Shown in pieces: positions 47,850 to 56,551 of a stretch of DNA of 64,000 nt. A program made the translations under genes and the position numbers. The DNA is from an uncultured virus (IMG/VR IMGVR_UViG_3300014576_000001) (taxonomy: Duplodnaviria; Heunggongvirae; Uroviricota; Caudoviricetes). The notes beneath the pieces are model-generated. The model ran no database searches and had not been told where the DNA came from. It saw only the letters and a program-made list of their open reading frames with translations. The stretch lies in the IMG/VR virus record IMGVR_UViG_3300014576_000001; one strand, given 5' to 3'. Every line of letters begins with the position of its first letter. The stretch's first letter is position 1.

Positions 47850-49597
47850 TGCCTGCGCAAACCACACCGCCGCTGATTCCAGAACTGCCACCGGCTCCAT
47901 CGCGATCTGAAGGGCAGGCGGCGTTTAACCTTACTGCGGGCCCGTTCATTGCCGCAATGCCGCCGATGGTGGTGAATATCAACACGTCCCTGGCGTGGAT
48001 CGGTCAGCAGGTGACGGCGGTTGACGGCTATCGCCAGGCAGCCGCAACCAGTGCAAGCAACGCCGCGGATTCGGCGAGCGCCGCGAACACCTCCAAAAAC
48101 GCCGCTGCACAATCCGCGACAGATGCCACGAATAACGGCAAGGCACAGCTGGATCTCACGAAGGCTCAAGTGACGCTGGCGGCCGAGCAAGCAGCTCTGG
48201 CCACAACGAACGGTCAGGCTCAGGTCCAGCTCGCCGCACAGCAGGCGCAGCTTGCAACCACAAATGGGCAAGCGCAGGTCGCAGCTGCGGGGCAAGTAAA
48301 GGATCAAACTGCTGCCATCAGGGATCAAGCGCAGATCATTGCAGACGCGGCTCGGGCGGCGGTCGGCATTCCGTCCTACACCAACAAGAAGGGCTACGTG
48401 TTCACCGTCAGCGATGACGGCGCATCGATTCAATGGCGCCCCCGGCATCGAGTTGGTGAAGTTGTTCAGGTGAGTGGCGCACTCGACAACACCTTCTTAC
48501 CGCTGACTGGCGGCATATATCTTCAGTCTGCGTATCCTGCTCTATTCGCTAAAGTTGGAATATTAGGAAGCGTTGCCGGTGATGTATGGTCGACCCCAAC
48601 TGTGAATCCCGAGACCTTCAGGCGAGTGGCTGCTGGAAGCGGCGTTCAGATGGCTACCGCCTTCGGCCAAGTTTCGACTATTTATAGAAGTACGAATGAC
48701 GGGCAGACATGGAACGCTATCTCGCTCACAGCACTGCTGAATACTGCGACTGCCTCGGTATATGACGTCGCAACTGACGGCAAGGGAGTTTGGATCGCTA
48801 TCGGTTATGTCTCGTCTTTGGGATGGTTCACGCTTAGAAGCCCCGACAACGGTGTCACCTGGGCAAAAGTTACAACTCCCAATTTACCAGGCCTTCCAAC
48901 GCGCTTGGCGACAGACAAGAACGGTACATGGATTGCTACTGGTGGAACATCGAGCGTAACGATCGCTCGATCGCTCGATAATGGCCTAACTTGGGCGGTT
49001 ATTGTTAGCGGTGTAGGTAGCAATGGGGCAGGTGGTGCAGCAACAGATGGTTTGGGAAACTGGATTGTAGCCGGAGCTGGTGCAGCTTATATCAGTACTA
49101 ATAACGGGGCGTCATTCGCTGCAAAGAGTTATGCAGTGGGCTTGACGATCACTACGGCATATGACGTTGTTACAGATAGCAAAGGCCTTTGGATGGTGAC
49201 CTTCAATACCAGCAGCGGACTGGGGTTGATCAAAACGTATAACCTCGGCGTTGATTGGTCACTCGTTACCGTCACTGGACTCACAACCTCCACGGTGTGG
49301 TGCGGCGTTACGGATGGGGACGGTAATTGGTTCTTTGGGGCTACTTCAGGTCGATTCTTCTACACCCGCGACAATGGTCAGACTTGGACCGTAGTTCCCT
49401 CGGGAACTACTAAAGTGGGGACGGGTGATGTTGTCGCTGTTCTGCTCTTGGTTGCAGATCTGGTGATCACTGCAGGAACTAACCAAAACAGATCCTACGC
49501 AGCAACCCCCTATGACAGCACGACGCTTTTCCGGCTGCCAAACGTCACAGTTTTCAAGGGGCTGACGAGCTACATCAAAGCTAAGGAGGCCGCATGA
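47849..49597 (+). CDS. Tail fibre/receptor-binding protein with Asp-box (BNR) propeller repeats
   Basis: Coiled-coil N-terminus; repeated S-x-D-x-G-x-TW and (A/V)TDxxGxW motifs; collar-like YPALFAKVG and FRLPN. Confidence 0.82.
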   Translation: MPAQTTPPLIPELPPAPSRSEGQAAFNLTAGPFIAAMPPMVVNINTSLAWIGQQVTAVDGYRQAAATSASNAADSASAANTSKNAAAQSATDATNNGKAQLDLTKAQVTLAAEQAALATTNGQAQVQLAAQQAQLATTNGQAQVAAAGQVKDQTAAIRDQAQIIADAARAAVGIPSYTNKKGYVFTVSDDGASIQWRPRHRVGEVVQVSGALDNTFLPLTGGIYLQSAYPALFAKVGILGSVAGDVWSTPTVNPETFRRVAAGSGVQMATAFGQVSTIYRSTNDGQTWNAISLTALLNTATASVYDVATDGKGVWIAIGYVSSLGWFTLRSPDNGVTWAKVTTPNLPGLPTRLATDKNGTWIATGGTSSVTIARSLDNGLTWAVIVSGVGSNGAGGAATDGLGNWIVAGAGAAYISTNNGASFAAKSYAVGLTITTAYDVVTDSKGLWMVTFNTSSGLGLIKTYNLGVDWSLVTVTGLTTSTVWCGVTDGDGNWFFGATSGRFFYTRDNGQTWTVVPSGTTKVGTGDVVAVLLLVADLVITAGTNQNRSYAATPYDSTTLFRLPNVTVFKGLTSYIKAKEAA

Positions 49598-50133
49598 TCG
49601 CCTACGTCTGGAACGAGAACGGGATTTATGAACGCAGCCAGGAGGTGGATGTAGAAAGTGAGTTTCCTTTACGCAGTACAACGGCTCAGCCTCCAAAGCT
49701 GACCGGCACACAGGTCGCGCGCTGGACCGGGGAGGGCTGGGAGAAGCTGGCGAAAGCCCCTGATCCAGATCCGGAACCTGCTCCGGACTGGCTGGCATTG
49801 ATCGCCGACCGGCGCTACCGCGCCGAGATCGCGGGTTTCCCTTGGAACGGCTTCGGCATCGACACCGAGCGGGACAGCCAGGCAAAGATCAGCAGCAGCT
49901 GGTCAGCGGCTCGCGACGGATTCCGGGAAGATGGCTCAGTCTGGAAATGCCTTGACCTCGCCACCGGCCAGATTGTCAGCCGCCCGACCACGAACGCCGA
50001 GATGATCGACATCGGCCAACAGGCCTACCGCTACGTGCAAGCCTGCTATGACCGGGAGGGTGCGTTGCTTGAGGCCGCCGCCGGGGGCACTGTCAGCGCT
50101 GAGATGGTCGAGGAAGGGTGGCCGGATGAATGA
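49594..50133 (+). CDS. Tail fibre assembly protein (DUF4376-like)
   Basis: IADRRYRAEIAG, IDTERDSQ, YVQACYDRE. Confidence 0.82.
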   Translation: MIAYVWNENGIYERSQEVDVESEFPLRSTTAQPPKLTGTQVARWTGEGWEKLAKAPDPDPEPAPDWLALIADRRYRAEIAGFPWNGFGIDTERDSQAKISSSWSAARDGFREDGSVWKCLDLATGQIVSRPTTNAEMIDIGQQAYRYVQACYDREGALLEAAAGGTVSAEMVEEGWPDE

Positions 50134-50204
50134 ATGTCCGGGATCGCTATAGAGTGAACTGACCTATCTGCGTTACAGTCGTCTGCCGTATTAGGAGTGC
50201 TGCT

Positions 50205-50669
50205 ATGTACAATTCGGATGATGTGTATTGGCTCTTAAAAAAGCTCAATCTGGAATGGGAAATTAGTGCGATAAGCGATAAGTTAGCCGACATCACTTCC
50301 AAACTTCGCGACCTTGGCTCAAAGGCAGACTCCGGTTTTGATGACGTACAGCGTTCGTTGTCTGATCTTGAACCACTCGAAAAATCTGATCCTGACGACT
50401 TAAGTTCTATTAAATCGTCGCTGGACTCAGTTGTTGAAACACTGAGCGAAATTGTTCAGGTAGTGAACCGGCCCGACGACCATGCAGTAACATGGCCACC
50501 TGTGATAGGGCAAGTTGTGACTCTTCAAGGCTGGGACTACCCGCACGTTGTGAAGGGCGTCGAGATAGACGACGGCGTCGTGAAGTATTTCATTGGAGCC
50601 AGTACTTTGCGTGCGGATCAGCGCGACGTCTCAGTCCGGCTAAACGAACTGCTGCCGCATAACTGGTAA
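50205..50669 (+). CDS. Cargo protein with coiled coil
   Basis: 154 aa, TAGGAG RBS, lower GC. Confidence 0.65.
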   Translation: MYNSDDVYWLLKKLNLEWEISAISDKLADITSKLRDLGSKADSGFDDVQRSLSDLEPLEKSDPDDLSSIKSSLDSVVETLSEIVQVVNRPDDHAVTWPPVIGQVVTLQGWDYPHVVKGVEIDDGVVKYFIGASTLRADQRDVSVRLNELLPHNW

Positions 50670-50738
50670 ATCAATCAAGAATTTTGTCCTGCTGCATCCA
50701 AGCCCGCCAAACCCGGTTTTTTTTCGGTTGGAGAAATC

Positions 50739-50820
50739 ATGAGTCAATTCACCACCGCGCTAAATCCGGGCAAATCGGCAAGTGGACGCACGTACAGCTT
50801 GCCGACCTAGTGCTGGCGTT
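50739..50820 (+). pseudogene. Frameshifted 5' fragment of a DUF1353-like gene
   Basis: GGAG RBS, MSQFTTAL then a frame change to KSGQIGKWTHVQLADLVLA; family call from recall. Confidence 0.4.
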
Positions 50821-50883
50821 CGAGAAACTTCAGCGGGATATTGAAACTTTCATCGAATACCTGCCCTCGCTGGAGCTGCTAAC

Positions 50884-51390
50884 ATGATCCCGGTCGGTAA
50901 ATTCGACGTCCATCCTGCGGTCCGCTTCACCAGCCGTTGGAATGTGGCCACACAGGAAGCCCTGACGTTCAACGACCCGGTTCACGGGCTGCTGACGGTG
51001 CCGGCCGACTTCTACAGCGACCTGGCCTCAATTCGCATTCTGCGTGAGGTCTGCCGTTGGGCAGCTATCGGCGCGTTGACGGGCTGGGTGTTCGCTTGGG
51101 GCTGGCTCGCGGCTGCGTTACTGGAGCTCGCCATTGTGACCTTGGCCCTTTACGGCATGCTCGCCGGGTACGGCATGCGCGCCGCCATGCTGCACGACTG
51201 GCTCTATGGTGTCGGCACCCTGACCCGAGCCGACTGCGACGGGGTGTTTTACCGCGCACTCACAACCGGCGACGGCACCGCGCGATGGCGGGCCTCGATT
51301 TTCTGGCTGGGCGTCAGGCTCGGCGGATCGACCTCTTACACCAAAACCCCGGCCAGTTCCGGGTTTTCTTCGTGTGGAGACCGTTTGTAA
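50884..51390 (+). CDS. DUF1353 family protein
   Basis: VPADFYSDLASI, AAMLHDWLY, ADCDGVF, GVRLGG. Confidence 0.82.
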   Translation: MIPVGKFDVHPAVRFTSRWNVATQEALTFNDPVHGLLTVPADFYSDLASIRILREVCRWAAIGALTGWVFAWGWLAAALLELAIVTLALYGMLAGYGMRAAMLHDWLYGVGTLTRADCDGVFYRALTTGDGTARWRASIFWLGVRLGGSTSYTKTPASSGFSSCGDRL

Positions 51391-51441
51391 ATTGTCCATG
51401 CTGACAATATCCTGATGTACCAATTCAGATAAGTACCACGC

Positions 51442-51816
51442 ATGCCAGCTTTCCACCCTGCAGACATGGAAACATTCGCCAAGACTCATCCTGCTCAGTA
51501 CAACGAGCTGCGAGCGCATCCATTCAATTTCATTGAGTTCGTTAACTCAGAGGAAGCGTTCACAAACATGAGAGTGGTGACCGATGCGCTCGAGCTTCCG
51601 GCAATTGCAGGGATCGTCAAGGTCTGTGGTGAGGCGATCTTGAACACCGAGCCGAACAAAAAACGTCTCACGCTGAAGCGGTCGATCGGCACGCTCGTAT
51701 GCGCTGTGATGGAGGCCAACGGCTACGCAAAGACTGGAATCCAGCGGGCTGTCCCGCCTATTCCTGAACGCATCTTTTTGGTAGCAGAGGTGTTTCAGCG
51801 AGCGGATTGGACATGA
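51442..51816 (+). CDS. Hypothetical cargo protein
   Basis: 124-aa ORF followed by a terminator. Confidence 0.6.
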   Translation: MPAFHPADMETFAKTHPAQYNELRAHPFNFIEFVNSEEAFTNMRVVTDALELPAIAGIVKVCGEAILNTEPNKKRLTLKRSIGTLVCAVMEANGYAKTGIQRAVPPIPERIFLVAEVFQRADWT

Positions 51817-51873
51817 CGCAAGTTTGAATTTGAAACCCGCCAAGTGCGGGTTTTTTTCTGCCTGGAGAAAACG

Positions 51874-52299
51874 ATGACGGTGTGTGAACAAGATCGGGAT
51901 GTGCTGGCGCGGACGCTGTGGGGCGAATCTCGCGGGGAAGGGCTGGCCGGGATGGTGGCGGTGGCGTGGTCGATCCGCAACCGAGTGAATGACGGCAGGG
52001 AGAAGTCTTGGTGGGGGGAAGGCTACGCTGGTGTATGCCAGAAGCCGTACCAGTTCAGCTGCTGGAACAAGGGCGACCCGAACCAGCCGTTTCTGTCCGG
52101 CGCTCGACAGATTCCGTTTCGCGAGCTGGCACAGTGTCGCCTGGCCGCTGATCTGGTAATCGATGGGAAAGTGCCTGACCCTACTAGTGGGGCGACCCAC
52201 TATCACGCCACCAGCATGTCTCCTGCGCCTAACTGGGCGAAGGGCGCGACTCGAACGCTCGAGCTTGGCCATCACATCTTTTTCAAGGACGTGCCATGA
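51874..52299 (+). CDS. Cell wall hydrolase (SleB/Hydrolase_2), probable endolysin
   Basis: LARTLWGESRGE, YQFSCWN, GATHYH, GHHIFF. Confidence 0.9.
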   Translation: MTVCEQDRDVLARTLWGESRGEGLAGMVAVAWSIRNRVNDGREKSWWGEGYAGVCQKPYQFSCWNKGDPNQPFLSGARQIPFRELAQCRLAADLVIDGKVPDPTSGATHYHATSMSPAPNWAKGATRTLELGHHIFFKDVP

Positions 52300-52571
52300 A
52301 GGGGGCCTAGGTCCCAAGCAACATGGTCAAGCCCCAAAAGTGGTCGCTGATCTCGAGTTTATAACTGTCGATGAAAAATTTTATCCCGTAGTGCAACTTT
52401 TCGGAGTGCCGCTAGCTCAACATGCAACCTGGCGATGATGGCAGCCGGCCACCATTCTCAGTGCAAGGTTTCAAACCGTGCGCGCGGACCGTTCGGCGGG
52501 CCCTTTCCCAAGTCCAATCATATAGTGTCATTATGACACTACTACCATTGCAAAGTATTCTGGGTGATACC

Positions 52572-53864
52572 ATGGCCACACTTGCAACAAAGCAGCTCGT
52601 CGCGTCCTTGTACATAGCAGCCTTCGGACGCGCGCCGGATAAAGCTGGTTTGGTGTACTGGTGCTCTCAGATGGATGACGGGTTTACCTTCGACTCGATG
52701 ATAATTGGTTTCCTAGCAAGCACCGAAACTGAAAGTCGGTATGGTTTGAACATTAGTGATCAGAGTTTCATCCGCAACCTTTACCATAACCTGCTCAGCC
52801 GTGAGCCTGATCAAGACGGGGCTGCTTACTGGACATCTCGATTGGGCGAGGTGGGAAATCGCAACGGGCTAGTCAAGGAAATCCTGCAATGCCTCCGAGA
52901 GAGCCCCGGCACAGACCATCAGATTTTTCAAAACAAGATCGACGCAGGCCTCAACTTCGCTGATTCGTTTTACGGCGATAATCATTCCTACGCCGATACG
53001 ATTCTCGATTCGATCACCAGCGATCCATTATCAGTAACGCTTGCACCGGTCATAAATGATCATCTGCATAATCCGCAAGTCATTCACGCCCCAGATCCGG
53101 TCCCTGTTCCAGATCCAGATCATTTGCCGGTACCGGATCCTTCACCTATCCCCAATCCCATTCCGGTACCGGTTCCTGTAGTCATTCCAGGTCCTGCGCC
53201 GACTATCATTCTACGTGAAGACACAGGGGCTCTGAGTTCGGATGGCGTCACATCGAATGGCACTATCGATATCGGCCTGCCTCCTGGAGCACAGTCGTGG
53301 CAGTACAGCACCGACGGCGGTACTAATTGGCAACTAGGCTCCGGCTCATCATTTGTAGCGCCTGATGCGATTTACTCATCCGGCAGTATCGTTGCCCGGT
53401 ATGTCGACAGTAGCGGTGTAACTAGCGAAGCGGGCTCAATCGAAGCAAGCTTGGTGGTCAATGCTCCAGCCAATCATTTTTATGGTTCGTCTGTGAAAGC
53501 GGATTTCAACGCGAGTGGGCAACTGTTGGTTAGCAAAACTTTCGTACCGGGCCCAGGGGTCGAAAGAGGCTACGAAGGAATTGGTGGCTTCAGGTTAGAC
53601 GTCGCCGACACCTCGATAAAATTCGCTTTTAATAAAACCTTGGTCTACAACGACAATGTGTTATTGGTCGTCAGCGACCCTTATCACGACTTGGCGGCTT
53701 TCAAAGATATCTCTATCACGAACAACACGGTATCTGTGTCGTCTCCTAGTCCCGCCGTGTTCGATAAGTCCAGGATTTCCATTTCGGACGACGTCATTAC
53801 CATTAATCTCAGCGGAGTAAAAACGACTCCCACCAGCGTCCTCGAGTTCGAAGTGATCCTTTAA
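52572..53864 (+). CDS. DUF4214/RsaA-NTD-like surface protein with Pro-rich linker and Ig-like domain
   Basis: LYIAAFGRAPDKAGLVYW and FIRNLYHNLLSREPDQDGAAYW; (PD/PV)n linker; DTG..SDGVT..WQYSTDGG. Confidence 0.8.
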   Translation: MATLATKQLVASLYIAAFGRAPDKAGLVYWCSQMDDGFTFDSMIIGFLASTETESRYGLNISDQSFIRNLYHNLLSREPDQDGAAYWTSRLGEVGNRNGLVKEILQCLRESPGTDHQIFQNKIDAGLNFADSFYGDNHSYADTILDSITSDPLSVTLAPVINDHLHNPQVIHAPDPVPVPDPDHLPVPDPSPIPNPIPVPVPVVIPGPAPTIILREDTGALSSDGVTSNGTIDIGLPPGAQSWQYSTDGGTNWQLGSGSSFVAPDAIYSSGSIVARYVDSSGVTSEAGSIEASLVVNAPANHFYGSSVKADFNASGQLLVSKTFVPGPGVERGYEGIGGFRLDVADTSIKFAFNKTLVYNDNVLLVVSDPYHDLAAFKDISITNNTVSVSSPSPAVFDKSRISISDDVITINLSGVKTTPTSVLEFEVIL

Positions 53865-54117
53865 GGCTGACGAATCCACCTTACTATAGCTCGATCAGTT
53901 CAGACTTTTTTCTAGTGAGTGATGCCAAAGGGGGGGGCCATCTGTTGGCGTAGTGGATGCCCCCGAGACCGATATCAAGGGAGTGGTTGTACGATCCCGT
54001 TGCTTTTAAAGATGATCCATCCCAGCCTAGCCCCGCCTGCTGATCACGTAAAGATACCCGGCAAGGGCCATAGCGCTAGCCCCCCGCAGGCCTCATAACA
54101 GTCCTCGGCTAATTGTT

Positions 54118-54300
54118 TTTCGCGAGCTTGCGCAGTGTCGCCTGGCCGCTGATCTGGTGATCGATGGGAAAGTGCCAGACCCTACTGGTGAGGCGACCCA
54201 CTATTACGCTACAAGCATGTCTGCTGCGCCTAACTGGGGGAAGGGAGCGATTCGAACGCTCGAGCTTGGGCGTCACATCTTTTTCAAGGATGTTCCGTAG
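54118..54300 (+). repeat. Duplicated 3' end of the cell wall hydrolase gene
   Basis: 183 bp, 20 mismatches by hand count versus 52117..52299; frame open to TAG; no start codon. Confidence 0.92.
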
Positions 54301-54361
54301 CAGATATCCTGAAGGATTTTCGAAAGCACTGGTTCATCTCGAGCCAAAATGGATTTCTGAA

Positions 54362-54556
54362 TTACTCTCTTTCCAAATCATTGCTTGAGGTTATTGCGCT
54401 GCCCGACCGGGATTTGGGGCGGCCCATGACATAGGTCATACCGCCGTCTTTGCTGGTCGCGACAAATCCTAGCAGGCGCCATCCTTGCTCTAGGAGCGAG
54501 TTAACCTCGCCAACATTGTAAGCCTCTTTGATAATGGCCACGGCTTCGAATGACAA
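54362..54556 (-). CDS. Small hypothetical protein
   Basis: EVNSLLEQGWRLL...YVMGRP; GAGG RBS, TTG start. Confidence 0.5.
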   Translation of the reverse strand: MSFEAVAIIKEAYNVGEVNSLLEQGWRLLGFVATSKDGGMTYVMGRPKSRSGSAITSSNDLERE

Positions 54557-54601
54557 TTTGGCGTCCTCGGGTCGATTGCAGTGTAAATGATTGTTCGTAG
54601 C

Positions 54602-54859
54602 TCACAGCTCCGGCGCAGGGGCGCGTACGCACACTAGCTCCCCCAGACGGATGTCTACGGCGTTTTCGAATAGGGCGTAGAGCGCGACAATTTCGAAGCC
54701 TCGTAGGGCATTCATAACTTCAAAGCCGCGGACTACGCCCTCAGCAAATAAACCAATATGTAAAGTCGCGTTAGGCTCAAAGCTATTGCGAATGAGGCGG
54801 AGGATCCGATGACACTCGAATACTATCGATGCTGGGAGCTCGTCTTGATCAAGGATCAT
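54602..54859 (-). CDS. Small hypothetical protein
   Basis: 85-aa helical ORF, AEGVVRGFE. Confidence 0.5.
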   Translation of the reverse strand: MILDQDELPASIVFECHRILRLIRNSFEPNATLHIGLFAEGVVRGFEVMNALRGFEIVALYALFENAVDIRLGELVCVRAPAPEL

Positions 54860-55061
54860 TGCTGTCTCTCGGCCAGGAGGAACCCTTCCGTCATGTATAC
54901 GCTGTTTACAAGACGAGGCGCATACCGTTGAGCGGTTTTATTGAAGGCGAACCTGACTGGAAAGCATCGGACCGACGGGCCTTCTTCCTTGTGAACGTTC
55001 CACTGCACGCACCGCCCAAACCTATAAGGTAAATGATTGCCTCATCAAGTAGGTCACTCGC

Positions 55062-55274
55062 ATGAATAGCTCTGATAAGTTGCTGAGATGGAATTCACTT
55101 TGGCGTTTGGATGGCCGTCGGGTGTGCTGCAGGATGTGCCACTCAGAGCAAGAGGAATTAGATGCGGCGCTACCCTTCGAGCATTCTCGAAAGTGCGGTT
55201 ATGAACGTTATGACGCCTACCCATGGCAGGATCTCAACCGAATCTCGACCGGAAACATCAGCCCTAGGGGTTGA
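55062..55274 (+). CDS. Small Cys/His protein
   Basis: CCRMC...FEHSRKC...YPW. Confidence 0.55.
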   Translation: MNSSDKLLRWNSLWRLDGRRVCCRMCHSEQEELDAALPFEHSRKCGYERYDAYPWQDLNRISTGNISPRG

Positions 55275-55317
55275 CCGTGTAAGTCGCTTTTTGGGACCGA
55301 CCGCCCTAACAGGATTG

Positions 55318-56019
55318 TCAGTCCTGATCTTGTTTCTTGATCAGGTGCGGCCCTTGATTTCGAACATTCCCCACGTCCCTGCTTACCTCAAACCAGGTAA
55401 ATTGGTCCGTGGAGCGGCAGCACTCGCGCGCGATTTCTGCTGCGCGCTCTGGGGTTGTCTCGAGATGAACCCATTCACGAGCATGCTCCGGGCTTAGTAC
55501 GATCGGTCGCCGGTCGTGAATGTCCACCATCCCCTGATCCGAATCTGCAGTGATGATCACAAAGCCATCCTGCGGGTCAGGCTCTATCCCTTGATGCACT
55601 TCCGCCAGCGCGGCGAAGAACATCGGGCTTGCCTCCTTCAGCCTGATGAAAAATGGCTGCTTCTTTTTCGGGTCGTCCGGGTCTTTGACCCACTCAAACC
55701 AGCCGTTTGCCGGGGCCAGTGCGCGCCCATTCGGCCACAGCTGTTTGAAGTACTTCCCCGTCATCACCGTCTCGACTCTGGCGTTTATGGGTGCAGGGCG
55801 CTTCGCATCCTTTTTCGCCCAGAACGGCGACCACCCCCACTTCACCTTGTCCACGCTCAAGCCGGCTTCCGTCGGACGGATGATTTCGACCCGGGTGGAT
55901 GGCGCGACGTTGTAGCGATCGATTGGCCAAAGGTCGTAGCCGTTGATCACCAACTGCTCTGGCGCAAGCTCCTTTAGGTAGTGGTCCATCGACTCGTAGA
56001 TCGAGTAGCGTCCGCACAT
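55318..56019 (-). CDS. SOS response-associated peptidase (SRAP/YedK-HMCES family)
   Basis: MCGRY start, YNVAP, INARVE, IHDRRP. Confidence 0.93.
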   Translation of the reverse strand: MCGRYSIYESMDHYLKELAPEQLVINGYDLWPIDRYNVAPSTRVEIIRPTEAGLSVDKVKWGWSPFWAKKDAKRPAPINARVETVMTGKYFKQLWPNGRALAPANGWFEWVKDPDDPKKKQPFFIRLKEASPMFFAALAEVHQGIEPDPQDGFVIITADSDQGMVDIHDRRPIVLSPEHAREWVHLETTPERAAEIARECCRSTDQFTWFEVSRDVGNVRNQGPHLIKKQDQD

Positions 56020-56079
56020 GATGTCACCTGTCGAAATTCGGCTTATACAGTGTTGACCGCAAGCGAACCAGAACGTTAA

Positions 56080-56095
56080 CTGTATGTACATACAG
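56080..56095. promoter_or_regulatory. LexA (SOS) box
   Basis: CTGTATGTACATACAG within a perfect 22-bp palindrome at 56077-56098. Confidence 0.9.
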
Positions 56096-56119
56096 TTATC
56101 TATTAACAGGTTCGCAATC

Positions 56120-56551
56120 ATGAGCGTCACTATCCTAGGTCCGTTATCTAGCTCTGGCCAAAAAATCCCACTGTACGGATTCCGCGTTCCCGCGGGGTTC
56201 CCGTCGCCGGCCGCAGACCATATCGAAAAGCACATCTCCCTTGATGAGTTGTTCGACATCCGCGCGCCGCACGTGTACCTGGTGAAAATCGAGGGCGACA
56301 GCATGCAGGGGGCGGGGATCTTCTGCGGTGACTTGGTCATAGTGGATCGCAGTGTGGACGCGGTGCACGGCGATATCGTTATTGCCTCCATCAACGCCGA
56401 GCCAGTTTGCAAACGCTTCCATAGGCGCGAAAACGCGGTGATCCTCATGTCAGAGAACAGCAAGTTTCCATCCCGCTATGTGCTAGAGGGGGACGAGCTG
56501 GTGATTTGGGGAGTCGTTAAATACAGCGTTCGCGACCATGACCACGCCTGA
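56120..56551 (+). CDS. umuD: DNA polymerase V subunit UmuD/RulA
   Basis: VPAGFPSPAADH, GDSM, CKR. Confidence 0.93.
   Translation: MSVTILGPLSSSGQKIPLYGFRVPAGFPSPAADHIEKHISLDELFDIRAPHVYLVKIEGDSMQGAGIFCGDLVIVDRSVDAVHGDIVIASINAEPVCKRFHRRENAVILMSENSKFPSRYVLEGDELVIWGVVKYSVRDHDHA

Noticed and set aside
53090..53200. CCGG-rich short repeats as a DNA element
   Set aside because: Explained by the Pro-rich linker coding sequence
52117..54300. Repeat pair as a diversity-generating retroelement TR/VR
   Set aside because: No reverse transcriptase in the window; the mismatches are not adenine-specific and many are synonymous
56020..56463. N-terminal extension of the SRAP ORF
   Set aside because: SRAP proteins need Cys at position 2 (MCGR); the extension overlaps umuD antisense and the SOS box
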